DNA of 64,000 nucleotides from a virus (lineage: Duplodnaviria > Heunggongvirae > Uroviricota > Caudoviricetes), in IMG/VR virus record IMGVR_UViG_3300025693_000001; one strand, 5' to 3'. The notes under the pieces are model-generated. The model was not told where the DNA came from. It was given only the letters and a program-made list of their open reading frames with translations, and ran no database searches. The position numbers and the translations under genes are program-made. Shown here piece by piece: positions 48,623 to 57,985 of the stretch. Position 1 is the first letter of the stretch. Each line of letters opens with the position of its first letter.

Positions 48623-49734
48623 TGGGTGGTACGTATCCCCTTTGTTGTGTAGTCAAAAAATGCACGCATGGTGCAATCACTCATGTTTCTATCTCTAATT
48701 TTCCAATCATGCTGGGTAAAACATCTAAATCCACACCGCTTGAAGTATTCACACGATAAGCAACCATGCTCATCCATAAAGTTCTGCATCATCCCAGCAT
48801 TATCGGCTTTATTGTAAGTGGTAACAAAATCGGATTGATCATATCGGTTCCATCTACAATTCGATGTTGAACCATCCGGAAATATTGTTATTTTGTTTAA
48901 CGACAAACAATGCATCTGGTTTTCGGTATTCTCGATCAGTTCTCGTATTGGTGATATCAGTGGGTAGTTATCCGCCACAAAAGTATACCAATCATATATC
49001 ATCCGATCGGATGGAATCTCATCACTAAAACCTTTATCCGGAATGTAGTCATCGAAGTACACCGGAAATGTTGCGTATAGCCACTTGAAATACTCATCAC
49101 CATCTTGCATAAAATTGGTGATGGACGATACCGTACCGACACAATTGATAGACAAGATGTATTCTGGTCCAAAAAACTTCACATTGTCTCGGTATCGATT
49201 CGACATAGGACGTCCATCAAAATCGTATGATGCAATCAGATGGGTGTCAATGTTTAATGATCGCATCCGATCGATAAGTGACTTTACCAGCTCGATTTTT
49301 TTAAACAGAAAATTACTAACCCACACGACTTTCATTGTGTGTCCATACAAATCGAATATGGGTTTCAGTTTCTGCATCAATCGCCAATATGCGTCAATTA
49401 ACTGCTCCATTTGTTGATCTTGGAATAATTCACCACCAACCACATTGATCTGCATATAGTCGACGGTATTCTGTTTCTCTTTCAGAAATTGTTCTATTGT
49501 TGGTATCTTATCAAACATATCCTCGTCCGACATACCAACAATAGAATCTTTATCATGGTGACAAAAATCACACACGATGTTGCAGTTTTCGAACAACGTT
49601 AGTTCGATTTCTCCATTAACGGGACGTTTCGTCTCTAATATTTGCTTGGTTGTATCGGATGGGACTGATGGTGTAATTCCAATTGCCGTAATATCAGCAA
49701 TTGGAATTATGGGGATAGTCTTATACTGCGTCAT
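48619..49734 (-). CDS. radical SAM/SPASM-like protein
   Basis: CNIVCDFC, VGGE, SN, C-terminal C..C..CLSC-x5-CGFRC..C. Confidence 0.87.
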   Translation of the reverse strand: MTQYKTIPIIPIADITAIGITPSVPSDTTKQILETKRPVNGEIELTLFENCNIVCDFCHHDKDSIVGMSDEDMFDKIPTIEQFLKEKQNTVDYMQINVVGGELFQDQQMEQLIDAYWRLMQKLKPIFDLYGHTMKVVWVSNFLFKKIELVKSLIDRMRSLNIDTHLIASYDFDGRPMSNRYRDNVKFFGPEYILSINCVGTVSSITNFMQDGDEYFKWLYATFPVYFDDYIPDKGFSDEIPSDRMIYDWYTFVADNYPLISPIRELIENTENQMHCLSLNKITIFPDGSTSNCRWNRYDQSDFVTTYNKADNAGMMQNFMDEHGCLSCEYFKRCGFRCFTQHDWKIRDRNMSDCTMRAFFDYTTKGIRTTQ

Positions 49735-50494
49735 CTGGTATTGGTAGCATTGCCTGCATATCGATCATCAGTTGTTTAATCTTATCGCCCGCCACTGTAT
49801 CACCGGCGTCCATTTCAGCGGCAAGAGTTATTAACCCAGCGTAAGCGCTTTTGTCGTTGAACACGTACGAGAATATATTACCACCGTTGAACATATATTC
49901 ATCAAAATACCGCGTGTAGTATATTTGATCGGATAATGGAATGTTTGTGCATAAGTAAGCCATCAGAAAATCTTTAATAGTAAACAACTTAACAACGGAG
50001 TATCCGATCTCATCAAATTGTTCATCAGTGACAGTAGTAATTAATGTATCATGCAGTGGTCCAAATTCTTCTCCCTCACCGGCACCTAGCTTGGTTAACA
50101 TGTACAGGGGGATGGAATTAACAAATGCCATCTGTGGTATCAACAAAGAGTGATGCTGTGTTGCAAAGTCGATACACTCATCGATGGACCACAAGTGGGG
50201 ATGATCAGTATAAAACATGTCGCCATGCTTGGCTAATCCTAAAATATTCGCATGTGTAATCTTTAAGTTTTGCACTTCTGAAAATTCCTTAAGCCGCATG
50301 TACTCATCCATGAGTTCGTGCGTGATCACGTCAATGTTGCAATTCAGCCCCAAATTAGCAATGTACATTAATAGAAATTTCGGATTTGATAGATTTGCAA
50401 GTGATGCATGATAATCTATCAAATATGCCTGGTTTTTATCCTTAAAGAATTCCACCATATCGGTGGGTGTTAATGGTAATACTATTTTTTCCAC
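49721..50494 (-). CDS. hypothetical accessory protein of the radical SAM operon
   Basis: 257 aa; GTG start with AAGG RBS; overlaps the next gene. Confidence 0.75.
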   Translation of the reverse strand: MEKIVLPLTPTDMVEFFKDKNQAYLIDYHASLANLSNPKFLLMYIANLGLNCNIDVITHELMDEYMRLKEFSEVQNLKITHANILGLAKHGDMFYTDHPHLWSIDECIDFATQHHSLLIPQMAFVNSIPLYMLTKLGAGEGEEFGPLHDTLITTVTDEQFDEIGYSVVKLFTIKDFLMAYLCTNIPLSDQIYYTRYFDEYMFNGGNIFSYVFNDKSAYAGLITLAAEMDAGDTVAGDKIKQLMIDMQAMLPIPDDAV

Positions 50495-50510
50495 TTATGG
50501 TACCTTCGTG

Positions 50511-51725
50511 TTATTGTGTTCTTCGTTTCTTCGGTTCACTCCAAAGACTTGGAATGGTCGTAGATGCAAACTGAGAGTATGATTTAACTGAATCGATATT
50601 AGCCATCATTGCTTTTTTTGTTTTGAATTTATCAGACGTAACGATTATTTCATCGTTATCATCGACCAGTTCCCACATCCATTTATCAGCTATGTGTTTG
50701 GTTACAAACGTACCGGCAGTTTCTTCACCAGTCGGATACAATGTAGTCAATAATAATGTGTTAAATTTCTGTCCCGCTCCACTTATAAAATCGTGCTGAG
50801 AGAATGGTATAATGTTATTGATGACCAAGTCAACGTCACTCGTCTCAAACAAACGGTAGAATAAATCGTGTTCATACAAATGTCGTGGGTGTTCCTCGGG
50901 ATAATCAATATCATTCGTCACGCACAATCTAGTCCAATCTTTGATCCGTTCCAACAACACAGGGTCATTGAAGTCCAGACTCTTTGGGTTAAAGAACAAA
51001 GCTCGTAGTAGTGCATTGTTTTCGATGGCAGCGATGGCCTCACCGATGGAATCCAAAGAATCAGCACCCAAGAATGTAGCCAAGACCTTGCGATCAATAG
51101 CCATGTCGTTCCTGATATTGAGAGTGACCGCATGCACCAGACCTCGCAACATGGGTGTAGCAATTGCTGACACTTTTGTGTCGGCTATTGATTTTTCTAT
51201 GTATCCATTTTTGTACAGATACAATACATACTCCAATGGTAGGTCTTGTGGGTTATCCACCAAACCACCAACTGCCGTATACAAACCTGGTTTCAGCAAT
51301 CGGTATGCATCACCGATATCGTATGTAACAGGTCGCCCAACGAAGTAATTTTTTAACTGTTGAATGCTTAACAATTCCGTCATGTGCTCTTCAGATATTG
51401 CATACCGTACTTGCAGCTCTATCAACATCATGGCAAACAATCGAGCATAGTCATCATCACGCGATACGACTATCCATAATTTGGTTTCTGTGCTTAACCA
51501 ATTATAAAAATCGGTATCACTTCCATTGAATTCCAACGCTATCATTTCCAGATAGCTGTTGAACTGCATCACCACCCCTTTTGCGTTGGGGTTATTTGCA
51601 TCCGCTCTAATCATTTCATCAATAGGTGTATCACTCGGTGTTAACACCACTGTGCGGTGTTCACCTGATAGAACGTGAACATCCTCGGGATATGTCACAT
51701 AAATGCTGTTTCGTATATTGAACAT
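50511..51725 (-). CDS. hypothetical accessory protein with C-terminal YegP/DUF1508-like domain
   Basis: start MFNIRNS, TAATG-coupled to the precursor; C-terminal W.W.L...N.EII.TS..(F/Y)..K......I.SVK. Confidence 0.7.
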   Translation of the reverse strand: MFNIRNSIYVTYPEDVHVLSGEHRTVVLTPSDTPIDEMIRADANNPNAKGVVMQFNSYLEMIALEFNGSDTDFYNWLSTETKLWIVVSRDDDYARLFAMMLIELQVRYAISEEHMTELLSIQQLKNYFVGRPVTYDIGDAYRLLKPGLYTAVGGLVDNPQDLPLEYVLYLYKNGYIEKSIADTKVSAIATPMLRGLVHAVTLNIRNDMAIDRKVLATFLGADSLDSIGEAIAAIENNALLRALFFNPKSLDFNDPVLLERIKDWTRLCVTNDIDYPEEHPRHLYEHDLFYRLFETSDVDLVINNIIPFSQHDFISGAGQKFNTLLLTTLYPTGEETAGTFVTKHIADKWMWELVDDNDEIIVTSDKFKTKKAMMANIDSVKSYSQFASTTIPSLWSEPKKRRTQ

Positions 51726-52309
51726 TAGCGTCTTCCTCTTGCGCTGTGGCACACACTATGGCAACTGCTGTGGCAATAGCTAATTGTGGCATCTGTTTTG
51801 TTTGAATTTGTGGTAATAACGCCACGCAATGATGCTATTACAGCCTCATAATTTGAGCGATCGATGGAATCTGCATTCCCAATGTTGTCATATGCTCCGC
51901 CTGGTGCACCATCACTAGCCGTTAACACGCCTGGACTGGTTTTATATGCGGTCCGAGTGTAATCTGCTTTCACACCCGAAGTATTTCCATTGCCCCATGA
52001 TGATCGTCTGCGGTGGAATGTAAATATTCGCGTCTTACTGTACAAACTCAGAAACGAATTTAGCGTTGCTACCAAATTACCACTACCAACGCTACTCGTC
52101 AACGATGATGTAGCGATGTTTGTTGGTATTGACACTCCCAGTGATACACCAGTAGCAGCTGCTCGCGATACATCAGTGCTATTTGCAATAGCAGGTGATC
52201 CAGGGGTTAATTCAGTAGTCGCTTGTTGACGTAGTGTTGTAACACCACCCACAGCTGATGTTGAGCTTATCAACCCACCCCATATTGTTTTTGTTATTTC
52301 ATTTGCCAT
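51725..52309 (-). CDS. candidate rSAM substrate: Ser/Thr-rich protein with C-terminal (CHSx)3-RGRR
   Basis: ends YCHSSCHSVCHSARGRR; all three Cys are in this tail; directly downstream of an rSAM/SPASM gene. Confidence 0.75.
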   Translation of the reverse strand: MANEITKTIWGGLISSTSAVGGVTTLRQQATTELTPGSPAIANSTDVSRAAATGVSLGVSIPTNIATSSLTSSVGSGNLVATLNSFLSLYSKTRIFTFHRRRSSWGNGNTSGVKADYTRTAYKTSPGVLTASDGAPGGAYDNIGNADSIDRSNYEAVIASLRGVITTNSNKTDATISYCHSSCHSVCHSARGRR

Positions 52310-52321
52310 GTTGCAATCCTT

Positions 52322-53401
52322 TTATTCCTGTCCCATAAACCCACCTAGTATTGTTTTATACAGGGGTATATCGTTATCGTTTTTCATTTTGGTCATCATG
52401 GTTTTTGGTGCAGCACACACGTTACCTTGCCAAGCCAATTGGTGACAATCACCATTACACACGTCATATACCGGACAAATAGAACAAGCTGGATGTCTAA
52501 TTATCTCAGCGGATATGTTACACATTCTACCTTCGCTAGTCATCAGAGCCTCGACGTCGTCGTGGATCGTACCAAATGTGTTGTCTACGGCTGAGTTTGG
52601 GCAGCCTCCGATTGATCCATTTGCGTTGATGGTTAGTATCTTTTGTTCACACTCTCGGCACCGACACCCTGCATGTGCATTGTGTACTAAACTCGTTAAT
52701 ATTGAATCGAAAAACATGTTATCGATAAATTCCCAAGTCTTGTGTTCCAGTGTTTGTTCCCACAACTTCAAAAACCACATATCTAGCGCTTCATTCGACG
52801 GCATTATACCCTGTTCAATGAATTGCAATGCGTTACCATTTGGGGTTACTCGCTCGAAGTTAATGTGGTTAATACCAAGGCTAGCCATATCACGTATAAT
52901 GTCAATTGGCTCCATGTGATTTACAACATCACCAGACAGGCAAACCATTACCGTGATATCATACCCATCGTCAGTTAGCTGTTTCACATTATCTCGCCAC
53001 AGCTGTTCTTGTTTCGGTTTTGGCCATCGGATATTCTTGTCCCAAGAGGTACCAAACGATTTCCCACATATTTCATCAAACACGCGAATTTTATCCGGTG
53101 TCAGTGGATAGGTCAGGTTCGTTTGCACTGACCACCATATGTTTGGCCATAAGTCCTTTACCCCATTCCAAACATCGAATAGTTTTTCGGTGGGAGCGAG
53201 CATCGGCTCACCACCATGGAACGATATGTTACCATGGTCATAGTTCGGGTTGTATTCGTGCAAGCGTTTGAAGAATGCTACAGTTGCGTCAACATCGAAC
53301 CACCCCTTTCGCCCATTGTGACCATTAGTAAAGCAGTGGTCACAATGCAGGTTGCAGGTATCGGTGGTTTTTAAGTAACACATGAAATCGTTAGTTGCCA
53401 T
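52322..53401 (-). CDS. radical SAM/SPASM maturase
   Basis: LKTT.TCNLHCDHC, FHGGEP, QTNL, SPASM C..C, GCPN, CxxC-x5-CxxxC..C. Confidence 0.92.
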   Translation of the reverse strand: MATNDFMCYLKTTDTCNLHCDHCFTNGHNGRKGWFDVDATVAFFKRLHEYNPNYDHGNISFHGGEPMLAPTEKLFDVWNGVKDLWPNIWWSVQTNLTYPLTPDKIRVFDEICGKSFGTSWDKNIRWPKPKQEQLWRDNVKQLTDDGYDITVMVCLSGDVVNHMEPIDIIRDMASLGINHINFERVTPNGNALQFIEQGIMPSNEALDMWFLKLWEQTLEHKTWEFIDNMFFDSILTSLVHNAHAGCRCRECEQKILTINANGSIGGCPNSAVDNTFGTIHDDVEALMTSEGRMCNISAEIIRHPACSICPVYDVCNGDCHQLAWQGNVCAAPKTMMTKMKNDNDIPLYKTILGGFMGQE

Positions 53402-53417
53402 TTAATCCTCTAGTCTG

Positions 53418-54584
53418 TTATGCAGAATACAGAGCTGGCCACACTTGGACCCATCCTGTTCCCGCTAAGTACATTTGTATTGTTGCTCCAACCGCTTGAG
53501 TATCCCCTGTTTGAGCGGGTTGCCCTTTGCCGGTCGGATTGTATTGCATAAAATCACCAGCAGCAACTTTATCATCTACATAACCCTTCGTCGATGCTTC
53601 ATACGTTGATACTGGGTGTCTACCTAATGTTAGCGTTGCTGATCCATTCATAGAATCACCAGCTCGACTGATCTTATCGTTCAGTTGCGTTTGAACATTA
53701 CTGGTCAACCCAACGTTAAAATTTGTTTCACTTGCCGTTAGTGTTGGTAGATCCAACGCATCCAAGTAAGCGTTCTGCAACGATGTTAGATGAACAATTT
53801 CGTCGGATAAATGGGTTCCCATATCCCCAACAAAGTCGTCAAACGCTTTTTTGTGCATTGCATCATATGGATCAACAGGATCACCCAAATTGATAATTCG
53901 GTGTCTCGCTGTAACTCCAGCATCATCCCCACCCATATCCAATTCACCACTCATCCAATCACCACACTGTCGTAGAAAACTTTCTCCGACTAACACGAAA
54001 CCATCAGGAGCCGCTTCAGTGTGGTTTGGGTTGTATATCTTCAATAGTGGTTCAGTGATACAACCATTTGTATCTCCAGCGATACTGGTATCATACCACA
54101 AATCCCCAACTGTTGGGTTTGCGGGTTGTGCGGTGTTAACATATATACCAGATGTTACCTTCCATAATGGTACAGGTGGGTTATTTTCAACCCCCAGATC
54201 ATCCAATATGTCTGCGTCATACACGTATAACAACCGACTAGTAACATTATACCACAATTGCCCGTCGAGGGGAACTGTTATCCCATTTCCTGGTCCCAAA
54301 TCATTCGCATCTTTGGGTAGAATGGGGCTTGTTGTTGGGTCATAATCATATGACCCAGTAGATGGATTGTAATCACCTGCTTGTTTTTCAGGGCAGTTGA
54401 AATTCTCTGCCAACCTATAGACGTTCTCGTCCATTCCCTCACCCCACTGTAATGCTCCCATGCCGTATAACCGCATGTCACTGTCGTGGTGTGTACTTCC
54501 AGGGCCATTCAATGCTCCTGGTTTTATAGTAAGACTTTTTGAAGAAGCTCCATCTGTACTATCGATAACATAAACTGTTGCCAT
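53418..54584 (-). CDS. tail fibre / baseplate-associated protein
   Basis: LYG.G...WGE...EN.YRL.ENF, GQLWY, GDLWYD, STKGYVD; CATAAATA at 54623-54616. Confidence 0.8.
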   Translation of the reverse strand: MATVYVIDSTDGASSKSLTIKPGALNGPGSTHHDSDMRLYGMGALQWGEGMDENVYRLAENFNCPEKQAGDYNPSTGSYDYDPTTSPILPKDANDLGPGNGITVPLDGQLWYNVTSRLLYVYDADILDDLGVENNPPVPLWKVTSGIYVNTAQPANPTVGDLWYDTSIAGDTNGCITEPLLKIYNPNHTEAAPDGFVLVGESFLRQCGDWMSGELDMGGDDAGVTARHRIINLGDPVDPYDAMHKKAFDDFVGDMGTHLSDEIVHLTSLQNAYLDALDLPTLTASETNFNVGLTSNVQTQLNDKISRAGDSMNGSATLTLGRHPVSTYEASTKGYVDDKVAAGDFMQYNPTGKGQPAQTGDTQAVGATIQMYLAGTGWVQVWPALYSA

Positions 54585-54618
54585 AATATATTCCTATTTT
54601 CGTTTTGATCTTATCTAT

Positions 54619-55197
54619 TTATGCGGTTATAGAATCCAACAAATTACCAAAGTCGGAAATAGCTGTTTTTATTTCCGTGCTTGTTGCTGACGCATTAATA
54701 GCGACTTGTGTTTGTAACCGATATTGTTCCACTAAAACATTATACCCCAACGTGGCATTATACTCAGCTATAATATCATCAGCAGCAGCTGTTGCTGTTT
54801 TTGATAATGCTATAACATCCCCCGCTATGAATGGGTATGGTGTTGTATCAACAGGATATCCAGCGGCTTTATATGCTAGAGCTTGTGTATTCTTTTCCAA
54901 ATATACCAAATTCTGAATAGCATGTTGAGTGATTTGTTGCGTGCGATGTTGTTCTGCAGATGCATTGATACTCGATATTGCTAGTACCTTATCTGCCGCC
55001 AGTGTGTAGTTGGGATCATCTATTTCCACCCACGGTCCAACACCATTCGTGTACGTAACTAACTTACCCTTACCAACGGATATTGGTTTTTCGATTGTGT
55101 ATCCTGCTATACCAGTTTTATTAGTAGCAGATCGTGATACTCCAACGTACGTGTAATCGGTTGTGTCGAATTTATAAAATGTGTATATAGTGATCAT
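54619..55197 (-). CDS. probable tail-fibre assembly chaperone
   Basis: start reassigned to MITIYTF (ATGA-coupled to the fibre gene); helical C-terminal half typical of fibre-adjacent chaperones. Confidence 0.6.
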   Translation of the reverse strand: MITIYTFYKFDTTDYTYVGVSRSATNKTGIAGYTIEKPISVGKGKLVTYTNGVGPWVEIDDPNYTLAADKVLAISSINASAEQHRTQQITQHAIQNLVYLEKNTQALAYKAAGYPVDTTPYPFIAGDVIALSKTATAAADDIIAEYNATLGYNVLVEQYRLQTQVAINASATSTEIKTAISDFGNLLDSITA

Positions 55198-56789
55198 GAG
55201 AATATCTGTACCTCTAACGTGGATTCTATGTTTGGATCTGCAACAGGATTGTAATCCTGTGTGGTGTTCAATCTCGTATTCTGACCGGCGTTGAGTGATG
55301 AATTGCGTGCCATAACACGGAACGTATATGTTGTGTTTTGTTGAAGCGTTCCTGACGCCATTGGGCATATGCTGTACGTGAGTGAGCTTGCATCGTTTCC
55401 CTCTGATGATTTTGTGTCAATCACCGTGAGTGACGCGTATTCTCCACCAATCACACCCAACTCCCAATACGTCGGATTGTATGATTTACGGTGATGCACA
55501 TTCAACGCGCTCTTGACAACGAAAGTTACCGGTGCGCTTGTAACCACCACATCAACATCGAAGTTGGGAATGATAGTGCTCGTCGATGCAACAACATCAT
55601 AATATGATGCGTATGCTATGGTTTGAAGATCAATTAACCTACCATCACTCGGTTGTCCTGTTAATTGGTTATCGACGTACTGTTTAGTTGCAGCTTCTAA
55701 CGGAATTATGGGATCGTGGGCAAGTAATACACCCCCACCCGACATTTGAATATTTCCGGTCGAGGTGGTTGTTCCGGCTAGACGCACGCTTTTAAAAAAC
55801 CAAGCATCTTCACCAATCCGTAACATAGGTGTCCCGAATGGATGGATCGTCATGACATTCTTAACACCACCACCACCGTAATTGGTTGTGAAAGCTAACT
55901 CCCCAGCATTGGTGTATTCAATCTGGATATTACCACCTTTGGTGTATGAGCTACCAGCATCGAATATAACAGATTTGGCTGTACTAGACACATCGAATGA
56001 CAGGTTACCTGTCATGGTATCCCCAGATAACGCGACATACGCACCACCACCGCCACCACTGGCTACAGAATCAACGTATTGTTTTGTGGCAGCATGTAGC
56101 GCGTTTGTGGGGTTAGCATTCAGTGTCAAATATCCCGACATAATGTCACCAACTTTTGCCACAGCATTGCTACCGATGGTGTCCGCATATTGTTTTGTAG
56201 CGGCGTGTAAAGCATTTACGGGGTCGGCGTTTAGGGTTAAGTACCCCGACATGATGTCACCACTCAAGCTAACGTATCCGCTACCGGATGAAGAGGCCAA
56301 AGCCACCCACACACTACCATTGTAAAAATTGATCAGATTTGTTGAGCCGTCATACCACAGATCACCCAACAATGGGGTAGTTGGTTTCGTTGTGCTAGAT
56401 GAAGCGGTGTTCCGCCAATACCCAACAACAGGATCCGCGTTTGGATCGATGGGAGCATAGATGTATAGTTTGCCATCCGTTTTGTTGAACCACAATTGCC
56501 CTAGGACGGGACTGTTGATACCCAGACCAGCAGTTTCAGTTGTGTTTCGTGGAGTTGGGGATGTTGTGTCAAGTGGGTCGAAAGTTGCATTTTGATCCAC
56601 TGCAAAGTTTTCCAACAAACGATAGAAATTTTCGTTGAATCGTTCACCCCAACTAGGCGTTGCATTGCCGTATAGTGTTAGGTCAGTATTTGATTGCACC
56701 CCACCAGTCCCATCGAACGTACGGGGTTGGATAGCAAAGGTGGTTCCACCATCGGTGCTATCTATTAAATAAATTGTTGTATTAGCCAT
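55194..56789 (-). CDS. tail fibre protein
   Basis: start MANTTIY; WGE.FNENFYRLLENFA; repeated GD.M.G.LTLNA.P..ALHAATKQY.D. Confidence 0.82.
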   Translation of the reverse strand: MANTTIYLIDSTDGGTTFAIQPRTFDGTGGVQSNTDLTLYGNATPSWGERFNENFYRLLENFAVDQNATFDPLDTTSPTPRNTTETAGLGINSPVLGQLWFNKTDGKLYIYAPIDPNADPVVGYWRNTASSSTTKPTTPLLGDLWYDGSTNLINFYNGSVWVALASSSGSGYVSLSGDIMSGYLTLNADPVNALHAATKQYADTIGSNAVAKVGDIMSGYLTLNANPTNALHAATKQYVDSVASGGGGGAYVALSGDTMTGNLSFDVSSTAKSVIFDAGSSYTKGGNIQIEYTNAGELAFTTNYGGGGVKNVMTIHPFGTPMLRIGEDAWFFKSVRLAGTTTSTGNIQMSGGGVLLAHDPIIPLEAATKQYVDNQLTGQPSDGRLIDLQTIAYASYYDVVASTSTIIPNFDVDVVVTSAPVTFVVKSALNVHHRKSYNPTYWELGVIGGEYASLTVIDTKSSEGNDASSLTYSICPMASGTLQQNTTYTFRVMARNSSLNAGQNTRLNTTQDYNPVADPNIESTLEVQIFS

Positions 56790-56834
56790 AGGATTCGTAT
56801 TCCTCAAAGTATTACGATATCCCGTATTTATACG

Positions 56835-57515
56835 TTATAGATTTAGTTCCACTACGATTTCTTTTATCTGCTCAACTTCCGTTTTGTGTTTGGAGAATTT
56901 CTTGTACCAAAACTCGTGTTTGATAATGGTTGTTAGAATTATACGCTCTTCCGCTGATACGCTATTTTTATAAAATGCAGCGAATTTCGGAGACTTGAGA
57001 AGCAACCAAGGTGATAGTTTTCTGCGTTGGATTAGTAATATTAATTCATTGGGTGATATAACATCAAACAACTGGTGGATGGGAACGTCATATTCTTCCG
57101 CCAAGTCGAATAGGGTATCTACCGATATTCCCACCATTTGCAACGGTGTTATAAGTCGATCCAGTTTGTTTAAATACAATGCATGTGCTTCAGGTAAGGT
57201 CCACATGCTAGGGGGGACATTACCTTCTTTCAGCATGATCTTCACAAAGGCATTCACATCAGCCATTTGCACTCGTCGCGCGTATTTCACAAACTTCATG
57301 AAATACACGTATTGAGATGACGCCAAAAATGCCTCCGGTGATGGTTTAAATCGTTTGGAAGTGTACATCCAATTTTCATAACAAGCCCACGCCTGCTGTC
57401 CAATGATGCTCTTGAATTCTTCGTCACGAATCATTTGTTTGCACTTATGCTTCATGAACGTTGATTCACGAACATATCGATTATCACAAAATGGGCATTT
57501 AAACCGTTTTTTCAT
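56835..57515 (-). CDS. conserved protein with N-terminal zinc finger
   Basis: CPFC-x12-H.C; coupled to the clamp-loader small subunit. Confidence 0.75.
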   Translation of the reverse strand: MKKRFKCPFCDNRYVRESTFMKHKCKQMIRDEEFKSIIGQQAWACYENWMYTSKRFKPSPEAFLASSQYVYFMKFVKYARRVQMADVNAFVKIMLKEGNVPPSMWTLPEAHALYLNKLDRLITPLQMVGISVDTLFDLAEEYDVPIHQLFDVISPNELILLIQRRKLSPWLLLKSPKFAAFYKNSVSAEERIILTTIIKHEFWYKKFSKHKTEVEQIKEIVVELNL

Positions 57516-57985
57516 TGGTTGTTGCGTTGTTTGATTTCTTTCTTTACGTTTCTGATTTCGTCTTTCTGAAATCCCAAGTGATCAGCATACTCCAATAACT
57601 GATCATCCGACAACAACGGAATAACGTCCACAGCTTTCTGTGTGCTGTAATCAAATACACGTTTAACGATATCCGTTAGTGTTGGATATTTGGTGGTTTT
57701 TCCTTTTTTTAGTTTAGTCCACTTATATCGTGTGCGGTGCCCATCTGCACAAATAGTCAATAATTTCATCACCAACGGTTTGTGTCTGTGTAGATTGAAC
57801 GCATACGGATTTACCACTTCATTCAACATTGTGGTTTTCATCGGATCTGTGGTCCCAGCCATCCACTTCATGAGCACCAAAGGGTGCTCAGCTTTTTGGA
57901 CTGATTCCGATAGATCATCATAAAAGTTCTTATCCTTTGCATCTATCCGTGCAAGAATATCAAAGATTGTTACTTTGTTGTCCAT
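57512..57985 (-). CDS. clamp loader small subunit (T4 gp62-like)
   Basis: F..L..I..K..Y..L.....P..LM.W...NE..N....H..L...L; close to the gp44-like gene. Confidence 0.65.
   Translation of the reverse strand: MDNKVTIFDILARIDAKDKNFYDDLSESVQKAEHPLVLMKWMAGTTDPMKTTMLNEVVNPYAFNLHRHKPLVMKLLTICADGHRTRYKWTKLKKGKTTKYPTLTDIVKRVFDYSTQKAVDVIPLLSDDQLLEYADHLGFQKDEIRNVKKEIKQRNNQ

Noticed and set aside
56040-56275. Roughly 100-bp direct repeats
   Set aside because: They are coding repeats of the common fibre motif GD.M.G.L.L...P....AATKQYVD, not a separate element
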